The notes under the pieces were generated by a model. It made no database searches. It saw only the letters and a list, made by a program, of their open reading frames with translations, and had not been told where the DNA came from. This document shows positions 13,919 through 27,414 of a stretch of DNA of 64,000 nt, one piece after another; the first letter of the stretch is position 1; every line of letters starts with the position of its first letter. A program made the translations under genes and the position numbers. The stretch is taken from the NCBI GenBank assembly GCA_002633005.1, contig NMRA01000034.1, positions 705,766-769,765 on the forward strand, given 5' to 3'. This DNA comes from Phoronis australis (Eukaryota; Animalia; Phoronida).

Positions 13919-16900
13919 TCAATGTAACGGTTATAGTAGATAGGGCTACGTGCTGTGGAGATCAATCTTGGCAGAAAAGGCATTCGTAGACGGGAAAGTG
14001 GTCTAAAAGAGAAGGCGAGGGGTTTTAGTATCGTTTTGGTTAAATTAGGATTTTCTGCTTATCCTAGATATATTTTCATTATGCTTGCGTAGGCTTCGGA
14101 AGTGACATTAGCTGCCCGAATCATTCCCCGTCACGAGCATTCCCCGATGATGCTGAATTTCAGCAAAAGTGGTTGGACTTCTTCGTCTCAACCTAGGCTG
14201 AGAAAGAGAATAACCTGTGTACTTGGATTGCAAGGAAACAGAAATGTATAGGGCCTTGTTTTTGATAAAAGCTAAACATTTGCTTCAAAAAGTCCCAAAT
14301 TCGCATAATAACGAATAAAGAATAACTTCCACTCTTAACAACCTCAGGCTCAAAAATGCACAGTGCCCTCGAACTGGGTGATGTTTTGTTTCTGAATGAG
14401 AAAATTGAAAAACGGATAAAATTGTTCCAACTTTTGATTTCGTTAAGCAATCACACATTCTCATGGAAAACTTCTCGGGGATATTGGCAAGGTAGATGAC
14501 TGACTCTGGCTTACAAGAACAAAGAGCACAATTTTTAGAGTATAGGCCTAGAAAATTCGTATTCAGCCATTTCCGACAGCGTTTTCCTTCAAAAGCGACT
14601 AATTTGAATGGGAAAAGTTAACAACGATCAGTTATTTTTACAGTCTTTTGAACGTAGCTTGGCGTCACTTCGGAGTCACTGAGGCCTAACGGCTCACAGT
14701 GTTCGCAGTAACTGCACGGTGTAATGGCCCTCAAGGTACATAGGCCCTACCTTCCGAGTATTTTACCCAATGCACCCTGTATTTCCTCTTTACGCCGACG
14801 GGTCGATACTCCGACAATAAAATTCAGAGTAACAGCCCTTCGGAAAAACAACAAAGATATTGTAGTAGTCCTCTTGTATGTAAACAACTCGCTCCAGAGT
14901 CGGAGACATATCTTGGCGTATTATTGCCTTCTCGGTCTACTTTTTGACCCCAACGCCAAGGTCAAGGTCACAGGATATCACGTTACAATGACAATGTTCC
15001 TGCCGGTTCTTCGTTCTTGGGAATATAAACATGTTTCATGCTTTTACCTAGTTTTCAACTACTATTGGCAGCTTTGGTGTCTTAGTAAATGAACTGCACG
15101 TTTTCAGTGAAATCGAACTTCATCTAGTGCCTACCATTCTATTACAGTGCAAGTTAAAACCAAAGTTTGTTGTGCCTGTGGCCGAAACCGACCATTCGGA
15201 ATATTCCAGACCCAGTCTCTCCGAGTTTCATGTCCCAGTTCGACGGTAGTACGAGGACCACTGTATATTACTCCCAGGTAATATTTTTGACAAATTGAGA
15301 ACTGTGGTTGAACAAAGTGTAGACTACACAGTATCCAGTATGCTCTGACCTGGAGAGTCTAGATCCTGTTTCATTGGAATGTGGTTGATGGAATCTAGTT
15401 GAGCCCCCACCTATTGAGACTTAAGACGTAAGTTTTGGTGAATGTCAACTCCACCCATTTGTACTTGATCCGTGAATGCATGGTTCCCTGTTTTGGGACC
15501 GCATATTGATCCACATAACCTGACCCGAGCTGTTTGCTGGGACACTTGTAGTGTAATTAAAGCGTAATTAAACTTGTGTGCTTTCTGTCAAAAACAAGTT
15601 TTGATTTTGGCCATTTGCTGCTTTGGTGTCACTTGCCAGTACAAAATCGGCCAGTCTTGTCTTGTTCCATTTTAAGAAGTCAGCACGGGGTTGCTGTGGT
15701 GGGAAGAATGCGCATTTGATTTCTTCAAACCAAGCTTGTTCTGAAGAAATAAACAGTTCTTTTCAAGCCTACAGTAGCATTTACAGCAATGAAATGGAAA
15801 CCTGCCCTTCTGTAAATTTCATCAGTTAAAAAATGAACAGGATTTTCCCAGTGTTGAATTAATTTCGTTGTCTGAAAAAGGCACTATTCCTGGTCAAGAA
15901 AAAGATTGCTACCCTTCTGATCAGTGGCAGGTCTCTTTTTGTGTGAGTACCTTCAGGATAAAATATCGTCAATTTAAGAGACAGTTTGACAGATAAGTGA
16001 ATTAAAAAAAATCATGACGGCTAAATTGCACCAAATAAATTCTAAATGTTTTATTTGTACAAACCCTGCTGTCCTACCACCAGACATTGTTTTGACAATC
16101 TGCGGGCATTCAAAATATATGCCAGTAAAAACCCTTAAAGAGAAATAGAAAACATTAGGCTAAGTGAAATTCTACATTGATATCGGTATTAACAGAAACT
16201 TATTTCATGTATCTCTGTTTTAATGCTTGATTTCCTAGTTCAAAAGGATCCAAATGTACCATGTGGACCAGATTGAAATATGCAGTGAATTATGAAATTT
16301 GTGCTTTTAACTGAATGTGCTGAACATTTGATTTTTTGGTGTTCCTTTTTAAACCTTAAAAAGTTATGGTAAAATCTTGAAATGGGAAGGGCTAGTTTTT
16401 CAGGATGAATGACTGGCAAAAAGATGACCAACTTGAGAACGACAGTTGACACCCCAGTTAGGTCTTATGACTTGTCTCCAGGATGAAAATTTCAAGAGGT
16501 TATCCATGTTCGGGTGACCCCTGCAATGTTTGCTGTGGTCTTAGCCAGTGTTGCAAACCAAATGTGGGTCACAATGAAAGCCTGATTTAAGCAGCCATGT
16601 GACTGGGAAATTAATATCTTCTATATAAATGATTATTTGGTCCTGCTGAATCATTCTTGTTGGCCTGATGAGGTCCAGATCATGTTAGGTAAGGCCTCAA
16701 GATTCTTTCAGTCTGATGAAATTATTTATATTTAAGCAGTTTGTTGTTGAGTAGTCTTGTTGGCAGTTTCTAGATTTGGGGAACTGGGACAAAATCACCA
16801 TCTTGTTACAATACTTGGCTTAAGGTCTATACGGGTACCCCTGGTACCCCTTCACCGTGTCTTCTGTGGAATAGAGAGAGACAGGGGGAGGCTGAGGGAG

Positions 16901-18307
16901 GGAGAGAGAGATACGGAGAGAGCGGGTAGGGGCGGGGAGGGAGGAAGTAGGGGATAAGAGGTGTAGAAGGGGTGGATGAACAAATGGGTGTATGGCTATA
17001 TGTCATTACTTAGTTATCTTATTATATAAACATTATCATGCAACGAGTAATAATCACTGGATCACTGACTACAGAATGGTCAGACCAATGCATGTTATCT
17101 TACTTGAGATAACATGTTTGTTGCCTGATATTTTAACCTAGCTAACTCATTGAAGTGAGCACTTAATTGTTTACTCTTGAAATTTGTTTTAATACTTCAG
17201 CTGCCATGGGTTTGGTATAGTTTATGTCTTGATTTAAATGTTTATATATAAAGTAAACGTAGGGTATTATTTTCTTTTTTGCTTGCTTTAGACAACTCAC
17301 ATTTCTTACAATAGATCTGATGTGGGTTTTCATTGTGTAATCCAAATCACATCACTGGAATTAAAAATGGATTGCTGTGAAGCTTTTGATGACCGTTTTG
17401 TTCAGACCTACCCTCCTAATGTTAGCTGTATGTCACTCAAAAGATAGAGCTGGGGAGACCAGGCAAGTCTGTGTTTCTAGGCACATATCTACAAAACTAT
17501 TAGATTTCAACTCTGCAAATTATTTTCTGAAAGTAGAAATCTTGACTTTTGACTTTTTGTCAATCTATCGTTAATTGGAGCAATTGATCATGTCTTTTTA
17601 GTCAATTTTAGCAAAAAAAGAAATACACATTGATAGCAAAACTATGATGTCAATGAAGTGACCAAATTTTGTTTCATAAATTTTTTTAATAAGAATCAGT
17701 TCTATTTCTTGACAACCATTCATGGAAAAAACAAAACTTCAAAAACAATTTCCTACAGTGTTTTATAAAACAGTGCACTATGCATGGCATGTGAAAGTTT
17801 CATATTAACCTGGTCGGCCATTTCTGAGATATGACATTCCTAAGCCAGCCAAATTTGGACATTTTCTGGGTTCCTATGTAGCCTTATCATTTTCAGCATA
17901 CCTTGTTCTGTGGTAGAGATGCGATTCTATGGGATAGCTGGCTTCTATTGGAAACCCTGGTTCTATTAGTATTGTAAACCCGGCTTCAATTGGAAGCTTT
18001 ACAGTAGTCGCTAGCCGTTCTTTGGGGATGGTAATTCTTCACCTATTCGTCATACAACTTGGCGACAAGTGAAATTCTGTTTTGTCAAATTTCTCCACAG
18101 AAATGAAGATTAAGAAAAATTTAAGTCTATTGATAGCATAGTTTGTACTGTGCGGATGTTAAACAACTTTTGGTAAATTTTCCATTATATGCAATTGAGT
18201 AATCAGTCATTGAAAATTGGGAAAATGACAATTTCGGCAATTGCTTTTGTGCGTAATAAACTAGGAAAATTAGTGTAGCTTGTAACTTCTTGTTCATACT
18301 TTTGTAG

Positions 18308-18440
18308 ACGATGATTGTGTTTGAAGAGGTTGATGTCTAAAGACAGTTGCAATATCAAGTGAAGCCAAGACAAACAAGAGTAACCATGTCTGTTGAACTG
18401 GTGTCTATGACTAAGCAGGAGCCAAGCACAGGCAATGGAG
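18308..18440 (+). CDS. Candidate start-codon exon of the ABCB1-like gene (ATG 18386, MSVELVSMTKQEPSTGNG)
   Basis: tttgtag| acceptor, accATG context, GAG|gtgagg donor; phase-1 exit would need a further unidentified exon; no homology support. Confidence 0.25.
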
Positions 18441-19606
18441 GTGAGGTTGACAATAACAGTACTGTATTGGTCTGCATAGATCTCGGGGTGTTTGAATCGA
18501 GAAACTGAAACATGATGGGTTTGGGCGGTGAGCCGAGAATGGGCAAATAAAAAATTAAAAGCCCTTAATAGCATTTGTGTTGGTCACTTTGCACGCAGTA
18601 CCAGTTGTGTAGAAAAATTTTGACTGAATATGCACAGTTGTGGGAGGTAAGTGTTTTTGTTGTGGCAGACACAGAATTAGAGGCTTGTAGGAAACTACGT
18701 TTAAGGCCTTAAACGGATGTAGGCGTTAACAAATGAAAGGTTGGACAAGTAAGAGGTGACATTAAGCACAATGTGGGCATTAATCCAGGCGAGTGCGGTT
18801 ATTTTTGAAGTATCCTAGTGCACAGAACCTTACCTAAATTTTCACTCTCAAATGAGCACTCTTAGTGTTCACTCACTCACCGTGCACCCTATTTTGTGCT
18901 GTTGAAATTTTAGTTCCTTCAAATCACCTCTGTCGTTCATGAGATGGCCCAATCCAGCCTGTGTCCATTTTGTGCTTGACGTCTCTCCTCTTGAGTTTTC
19001 ATTCTGTCACTTTCAATGCCCTGTAATTACAATTGCAATGATGTCATGTTTACTGCAGTCTTGGTCTGTTGCACTGATTCCCCACATCTCCAGTGGTTGC
19101 CATGAGTAACCTTGTGATCCACCATGGTGTTGGTGGCTTTGCTTCAAAATTTCAGTGTCTGTGGTCCAGAGTCTGAAATTGATATGATGTCATTGAAGGA
19201 AAAACAACTTGCTTAAAAGTTAAAGGCTGGATAGCAACAATGAGGTCACTTTATCAGGCATCTTGTTGCTGTTGCTGAACAATGTACTTGACATTCAACA
19301 GTCACACTTATCCACAAGAGGAGGAATAACTTTGAAGTTTTATGCAACTCCACCCTGGGCTCCCGTTTCACTAACAGTGACTTAAGAATGAAGTCAGGAG
19401 TTTTTGCAGTTGCTGAATTATGTTTATTAAATTAGTTTTTAGCCACAATAAGATCAAAAACCGGACGATCGCCGCAGCTATGGTGATGACCAGCTGATAA
19501 CCAGCTGATGACCAGCTACTGACCATATTCTATGTATCTCTCACTTCACTCTATGGATGTTACCTGAGCTGTATGTTGGCACTTGTTGTCCTAAATTGTT
19601 GTAAAT

Positions 19607-19648
19607 ATGATCCTGATGATGTCTAATGAAAAGACGAAACGTTGAATT
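19607..19648 (+). ncRNA. Minimal hammerhead ribozyme-like motif, stem I degenerate
   Basis: CTGATGA 19613-19, extra T, stem II GTCT/AGAC, GAAA 19636-39, CGTT (palindromic AACGTT); flanked by a ~35-bp inverted repeat 19442-19476 / 19670-19706. Confidence 0.5.
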
Positions 19649-20335
19649 GAACATGAACTTTTTTATTTGTGCGGCTATTGTCCGGTTTTTTAATTATGTT
19701 TTTGGCATGAATTTGTTAGCACATCACAGTTAGGAATGGTTGATATAAATTATCAGTCCATGTACTTTTGGTAGGGTAAGATAAAATTATTTTTCTAAAA
19801 TAGTTTTAGCTAAACTCCTGGGGCCGTTTCTCAGAGTCTATATTTGATTTTTCGCTTTTTGACATTAGGTTTTAGTCTGCTTCTGAGCAAGCTACGTATT
19901 TCTGTCTTTCGATTTTGAGTTGTAGACAGATTTTCTGACTTACAGCCTTAATTTGATTTTGTGAAAAAACAAGTTAAGTCAAACCTAGACTGACTTTTAG
20001 ACAAAAGACAATGAATTCTTCTCGAAACAACCCCTTGGAAGAATCAACACACTTCTTCGTGTTCAGCAAGAAATATTTATAAGAAGGTGAGAGTGGGCCG
20101 CCGGTCCAAAGTGAGTGGCTATTTGCTGCTGATCTGTGAAATCCTATTCACAACCATAGTAACTTTAACTCATTCACTGGCAATGCCCCCTTCTCAACAG
20201 GTTTTTGTTGCTACTATGATAATACCTACCTGAATGTTAGTAATGCCTTTTGTGAGTTTAGGGACACGTCATGGTTTGTTGGTTTTGATGTTCTAACGTT
20301 GAATGACACTGTCGTCCTTGTTATGTCATATTGTC

Positions 20336-20808
20336 TTAAGGTAATGTAGGACCCTAGAAAAATATAAATATCAAATTTTGACAAATTTCAGAACAACATG
20401 TCTCAGAAGTGGCTGATCGGATTCTTCTGAGACTTTAAGTTAGGTGTTTTATGCACTGTTCTTCAAACTGCTGCTGGGAATTGTTCTGCATGAGGCCTAA
20501 CAAAATATAGAACTTTTATGAAAAAAATTAAAGTTGAATAAAGTTAAAATGAAATGATAATCATCAGCGGCATTGAGATTTAATCTTGAACATTTATGTC
20601 AAACAAAATTTGGCCAATCCATGTCATTGATGTTGCTGTTTGCTGTGAATCTTTTTTGCTGAACTTTGCAATAAAGACATGGTCCCGTAACCCATAGCAG
20701 GTTGTTACCAAGTCAATCAAATTCCACAGACTTCCTAGTTTCAGAAAATGTATACTTTTATTAAGTGCGAAATCTGTTTTGTTTTGATTTGGTATTACAA
20801 AACCTTAA
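20336..20808. mobile_element. TTAA-flanked non-autonomous element (Kolobok-like); inverted relative at ~17500-17886
   Basis: ttaaggtaatgtaggaccc ... aaccttaa; same terminus as the 43646 element; internal similarity to the reverse complement of 17500-17886. Confidence 0.55.
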
Positions 20809-22568
20809 GAAGAGTGTAATAAGTTGGTTTGATGCCTTCTGTGGTGCATCAAATGTGCACTGCAGAGTGGGGAAACAATACTCATTTAAAAGTGAAATGG
20901 TCCTCAAATTGGTTTTTTTTGTATAAATTTGAACGATTTTGTTTCGTTTGATTTGCTGCTTGGTCTGTTATGGCAAATGAATGTTCTGTAAAAAAATGAC
21001 ATGTATTCTCATTTGTTCATGATAAAATGATAGATCTCACCAAATTAGTGCTTTACTGTTTTCAAATTTTGTGTCATAGTTGCCATCAGACAATACTTTG
21101 AAAAAGTAGCAATGTTAGAAGGTCATGAAAATGATCACCTTAGGCCTTTATTTTTGTCCGAATTTGCTAGATCTTTATTGTAGCTTGGGCAGAAGAAATG
21201 TGTCAGTGAAAGCATTAAAAATATTTGGCTATTAACCGTGTCAATTGTGTTCAACATACCCTATATGAATCTGTTTGTTACAACAAGATAAGTTTTATAG
21301 GTCACGTCCCCATTATTGCAGACAACCAGGAGAAACCTAAATCATTGCCTGCATTATAAAATAGAACCTTTTTCACATTTACAATGAGCACGCCCTATGT
21401 ACTAGATGATCCCCACTACAATGTTTTTGTTTTGAAAACTTGTGACTTAGTGGATGTTGACCGCAGGAATGTGTCTCAGACCAATAGTTCGAGCAAAATT
21501 CTGCATGTATGAAACAAAATACCGGGTATGTGTGCTTACTAAATGCAATGAGAGTTGGTGAAGATTTCGCCTTTCCGGGAAACAGGTTATGCTGATGAAC
21601 TGATATGGTTTAAACTTTAGTAGGGGAGCAGCTGTTTACTTTGAGCAGCTGTTTACGATGACACTTCTCTGACATTTTTGGTAAATTATGTTGAATGCTT
21701 CAAAAGATTACAAAGTCTATTATTAAAATCTCTTGGTCTATTTACACTGTCACATCATTTCGGTCTGTCTATAAATAGACCAAGAGATTTTAATGATAGT
21801 TGTAACACGCCACCACCTCAGAGCGGTGTTAGAAAGTCATTCAAAAGATTAATCATCCGATTGTGAAGTTGAAGTACTCACATATATAACTAATGTTGAA
21901 TCTATCTTGATGATAACTTGTTGGTGAATTAAAAGTTTGCATGTGCGTAGCAAGGCAAAATAACTGGGACTCTCTTGGGTCAATGTTTGGTCAATGGTAT
22001 GTCAAGAAAGGTTTGATGATTGTAAAAAGCAAACACCAGAACTCTAAATCTATTCTTGAAGCAAGTATAACTGATAACCCTGTTGTTTGATGGTTAGTAA
22101 AATCTAAAGACGCATGTGTTCACTCCTCAGTAGGCTATGGAAAGAATTGTGGATTTTTGCAAATCTACTCAAACACTTAAGAAAAATGGATGTTTTAATT
22201 TGCCAAGACCGTTGAAAATCAAAATGGCCAATCAAAGTTTGCTGTGTAGTTAAAGTTGTCTCAAATTACTCCACATTTGGTACATAAAAATGGTGTTCGT
22301 GAACAAAGGTAAATAGTAATGAAAAATAGAATAATTGCACTTTTTTAAAATACTACACTAACGTGCATATTTACCTAATGTCACATTTACATAACATTAT
22401 TTAGCATGGAAAAACTGACACGGAATGAGAGGATTAGGCATAATTGTGTGCGTGAATACATAAAACTAATTGACACCATGGTGACAACTTTAGTCTCCTG
22501 TTTGTGAGGTAGGGTAAATTGTACCTGATCATCTCGTCCTGTGTCAGCTCTACCTCTAAACACAAACC

Positions 22569-24211
22569 TTAAAAGGGAACTGTATTTTATTCTGAATAAA
22601 TTCTGGATAGTTTTCTATGAATTGTTGATAAATTTCACAAATAATTCAAAACCAAAAATTAAACTTATATTTTCTAACGAAGCTCAACAAAAATTACCGG
22701 CTTGGAGCGCTGCTAAGTCTCGTGACGTATTTGGCGGGGGCCAAGTCACTGTCCTGTGTTAGCGTGCAATCAGTAGCGTTTTTCATATTGTCGGAATAAG
22801 AAACTTTAGTGTGAAATGTCGGGTCACAAGGGATACCTGTTTGAGCCAAGGCAACACAAAGTGATACCCAGTCATCGTCATCGTCAGACCAACATCTGCC
22901 GGTGCAACTGGTGTCAGTGACTGTGCCGAGGGCAATGTGGACTCTAGCCATCCAGTCAGCCAGCTGTCAGCCAATACTCAGCCTTGTAAACTTGAAGGGT
23001 TGGTAAGTTACCGACTGTAGCTGAATGAAGATTATCGTACCACTGTGTGTTGAGCTCCGTTAACCCCGAAATTTCAGACAGCCGTTCACTACCCGGGTAT
23101 AGTTGACTCAGTTATGCTCGTCACCTCGTCGTAAAACTTAGGCTGCATCAACATAAAAAACTAACGGACCGGCGGGGGCGCATGCGAAATCTGGTGGTCA
23201 CCCGACACTCACATTGTTCGTTGCAGCCGTTTAAGTGGAAAACAATCAAATAAACGTCATTCGGTAGCATAATTTGCTGCCTTTTTAACTAAGAAGTGTG
23301 TCGTCCGTTTCAAAAACAGCACTCTCGTGACACGGCGCACGCGCCATTTCATAAAAAATTGAGACGTCTTTCGGGACATGATGACAGCTTCGCAGCACCA
23401 AGGTTGTTCTAAAATTCGGTTAGCTGGTGTAAAAATACTAAAAACTTGAAACAAAATGAAACAAGTTCCGATAATTTGTTATAACATGTACGTAACCAGG
23501 TACCGTCAGCGACGAATACTTGATAAAAGAATCAGGGGGAAAAGAAACTGGTAAAGGTCAGGTGACGTAATCGCAAAAAGCCGACTCAAGAGAACACATC
23601 ACAATTTTACTAGCAGCAACCGATGAACGATCGCTAACATTTCCAACACCAGTAAATACAGAAGTTAGCTTATTTCTAGGAACCTGGTTCCTGGGTTTAC
23701 TCAAGGATGATTTAGTTTTAATGACATTTATTTGAGTCAGATTATATTTGTACTTTTTTTACCCATTTCGGCTTAAACCTGTAGGCCTATATCTAGTATA
23801 TACTGAGCTTTGGGCCAAAGCTTGGGTAACCCGGCGATGGTATGCGATGACCATCCCTTTAGAAGACGCCTTTTTCGAAGAGTTTGAGCAACCAGGTGCC
23901 ATACAAAAAGGCATAGCGAACCTTTTACAGCAATGTGGCAAACAATAAAAAATAAGGACTATTGATACAATGATAAATTACGATGTAAACTCTTCAAATA
24001 TGACATAAGCAATGAATGTGTAAAGCAGCTGATACCCCGCCGTTCACGTCACTGACACATCAGCCAATCAGCGATCGCTTTCAGAATTCAGTGTTTTGAC
24101 CATGAATACGAATTGGCTTCTGTTTGGCGCGCAAGTCAGGCAAATGTGAGTTTTATTTGTATGTTAGAACCGATTAACTGCAACATTATTTTGACTACAG
24201 TCCCCTTTTAA
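22569..24211 (-). mobile_element. 1.6-kb TTAA-flanked Kolobok-like DNA transposon derivative with a THAP-domain remnant
   Basis: Ends TTAA|AAGGGAACTGTA and TACAGTCCCCTT|TTAA (11/12 TIR); CpG-rich; minus-strand MPFCMAPGCSN...AYHR from 23914. Confidence 0.7.
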
Positions 24212-26184
24212 GCAAGGTGGGAAGCATCATCTCAAATGCGCTCTGAGTAACATACATACGGGTGATTTATTGAAAACTGGCGACAAATTGGCGAAGGAGT
24301 CTTTTGGAGTCTCTTGCCTGCCAACAGCTGCAGCCACCAAATTGTTGTGAAGACCCTGTGCTTGCAGGCTAGTTAATAAATGGCCCACAAACTTAAGCAA
24401 AAACTTAAGAAGATTTTTAGTAGAATGACCGGCTGGTCCTCCAAACAAATTTTTGTTTATTTCGACCAAGCCTGCATTCGAGGCCAAAGGTCCAAAGTAC
24501 GGTTTCTAACAAAATAGCGGGACAGTCACAAACATGTCCTTATGCATTGATGATTTCATGCAAATTGTATAGGCTGCTGTTCGTTCAGCTCTGTGCTTGA
24601 CACCTATCAAAAAAAAAACAACTGCATTTGTCCTAATTCACGCCTTCCATTGTTGCAATGTTCCTTGTTTGCATCGCTGGCACACTCTTGCACTCTGTGT
24701 GATTTGGCCTCGCGTGCAGAACAATGTGAAAGGACTCTACTTCATGGTTATAGACCTGAACATAATGTGGTGTTTGTCTTAACATGTGCCTTTAACAAAG
24801 GTGCTTCTCTTACGTAAGCAAGTGAAGTATTATATTTGTTGAAGGTGGAAAAGAAATAAGTGATTCAGATGTAAGCTGTTGCCATACTTAATGGAATTCT
24901 GATGAATAATCGTATATTCGGTTTTTCAGTAAATAAGTAGTGAAGTGGGTTGCTTTACGTAGGCGACACCTTTGGGAAAATATTGTGACTTAAATCTTGG
25001 GAAAGGAAGTCTAGGACATCTATTGTGTCCAAGCTACTTTTCAAGCTGAGTGGCTAATTCTCAAGTCAATCTCGGTCACATCCTGATTTACTTCCATAGA
25101 CTGAAAACTGGTTATAACCATCCTCTCAGAGCCACCCCCCTGTACAGATACTGATAATTAAGCAATACCTCACCTTCTATTCATCGTCATGGTTGATTGG
25201 TTGCTTTGTGTCTACTGGACATTGTCTCCCTGTAGCAACTACCCATCCTTCATCTACCACACCAAATCACCATGCTGTCCTTTTCTGCTCCCTGCAAAAA
25301 CTAACCTTTAAAACCTAAGTGTCATGTTATCTCAAGCTGTGCATTATCTGTTATCACCTTTCATGGTAGGTAGAGGACTCTTACCTTTAAAGGTCAACAT
25401 CTAAAGGGAAATCAATATTGTAAGTACAGTAAAATCTATGGTAACCAAAATTTCAGACCATTTTTGTTAATTTTGCAATGACTTCTAGTACTGGTGTGAA
25501 TGGCCACAATTTTTCAAAATGTTGTCTGTTGGTAGCTGTGTTGTACACCTTGTACATGGCAAAGCATGTCTTTCATGGAAAAAAGATGAGAAAGTATAAG
25601 TTCTCTTGTAGTTGGTCATATTATGTCATAAATTGGCAAGATTTTACTGTACAAAACTATTATTTGTTGGGCTTCAGTTACGCCAGTAAAGTGCTGAAAC
25701 CACTATAGATCTATTTTCTGGAAATTGTGTAGCTGACTCTTATATTTTCATCTTTAGAGAATTTTACAAAGACAAAAACAGTTTTGAGAAATGTGCATAC
25801 TAGTTCTTCGTAAACAAGTCACTTGTTTTTTAACCCTGTGCATTGCTTCCTAATTTTTTAACATATATTTGCAGCTCAGTTTTAAAAAGATTTGATGCGT
25901 ATTATGAAAACGGAATCAATTTACTCCTGAGGGACATTTCTGAGTACTATAAGTCATCACATGTAAGCCCATTACCTTAGGCAAAGTGACGGATTTCCTG
26001 GGGAACATTAAAAAGCAACTTTCCCAGATATAATAAGGCCAATCATTATTTCTCTAGTGTTTTTACCAATCATCCATGGCTGCAATTTTAAGTACTGTCG
26101 AAGATAATAAAATTAGTTGGCTGAAAACAGCAATACAGCATATTTGTAAAGATGAGTCGGTCATGACGTTATCTGCGTGGATGC

Positions 26185-27060
26185 ATTTATTTATTTATTA
26201 ATGTAATATTTACAATGAGGGTAGCCCCGTCAGTTCACACTGCTTTCCATGGGGCCCTCAGTAAAAAACAAACAGATAGTAAGACAAAAACAGAATTACA
26301 AAATGAAAGACAAATTTAAGTAATAAGCAAAGAATATGAAATTGACACGGAAAGACTGATGAAGCAAAATAAAATATGATAAATAGAAGATAAAGAAATT
26401 AAGACAACATAATTAACTAAAATATGAATATAAATATACCTTTAAATATAAAAAATTAAAAACAGACAATAAATAATTAATAAAAGTAAGACATTATATA
26501 AATAACAAGTGAATAAACATGCAATTCTTAGACACTACATGAAGTTAAATTCATTTCTTATAATTTTTTAAAGGTTAGAAAGAATGAATATGTAGATTTG
26601 GCATCTGCAGGGAGAGAGTTCCATAAAAAGGGCCCGCTGTAGGAAAATGATTTTTTCCCAGTTTCGCTTCTGGGTTTAGGAAGATTGAAATCAGATGATG
26701 ATGAAGACCTAGTATTGTAGCGATTAGTAGTCATCTTAAACTTAGCACATAAGTAAGATGGGACAAGACCTTTAAAGCATTTGTACATACAACAAGCAGA
26801 TAGGAATTAATGTCTTGTGTGAATTTTCATTATACCAGTCTCTTTATGAAGGTTTTCGATGTTAATATCTCTAACACCAACTCCCAGAATAATCCGGGCA
26901 GCCCTATTTTGGATAACCTGGATGGTTTTCAAATCCTTGCCTGATGCAACGCCCCACACCGGGAGGCAATAATCTAGGTAAGGTTGAATGATAGCATTAA
27001 AAAGGGTTTTCAGTGTTGCTCTGTTAACAAATTTACTGAACATTTAAAATAACAATTCTG
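26185..27060 (-). mobile_element. 3' end of an L2-group (L2/Crack/Daphne-like) LINE with 3'UTR and (TAAA)n tail
   Basis: IIQPYLDYCLPVWG...IQNRAARIILG; YNTRS...FSYSGPFLWNSLP; terminal GC-rich segment then aataaataaataaat. Confidence 0.85.
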
Positions 27061-27219
27061 GCCAATGTTTTTGTCCTAATTTGGTGACCTTTTTCACCAT
27101 GAGTAATAGATAATAAACCCTTACAAGATTTCTATCATCGATCTTGTCACAGAGTGTGGTCATGTTTACCAAAATCACTGCACTCTTGTCACACACCCTC
27201 TGTATTCACAGCAGTAAGT

Positions 27220-27414
27220 GACCCTACACGGCAGTAGGGACCCTACATGGAAGTAGAGACCCTACACGGCAGAAGGGATCCTACACGGCAGTAGTGACCC
27301 TACACGGCAGTAGGGACCCTACACGGCAGTAGTGACCTTACATGGCAGTAGTGACCCTACACGGCAGTAGTGACTCTACACGGCAGTAGGGACTCTACAC
27401 GGCAGTAGGGACCC
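27220..27414. repeat. Minisatellite, 20-bp unit gaccctacacggcagtag(t/g), ~10 copies
   Basis: Directly visible tandem array with single-base variants and no spacers. Confidence 0.95.

Noticed and set aside
16666-16720. Two CTGATGA motifs
   Set aside because: No stem II closed by GAAA follows either one.
16870-16980. G/A-rich tract
   Set aside because: Low-complexity decayed microsatellite; nothing beyond possible G-quadruplex potential.
27220-27414. Regular repeat array considered as CRISPR-like
   Set aside because: Contiguous 20-bp units without unique spacers, no cas genes, eukaryotic context; it is a minisatellite.
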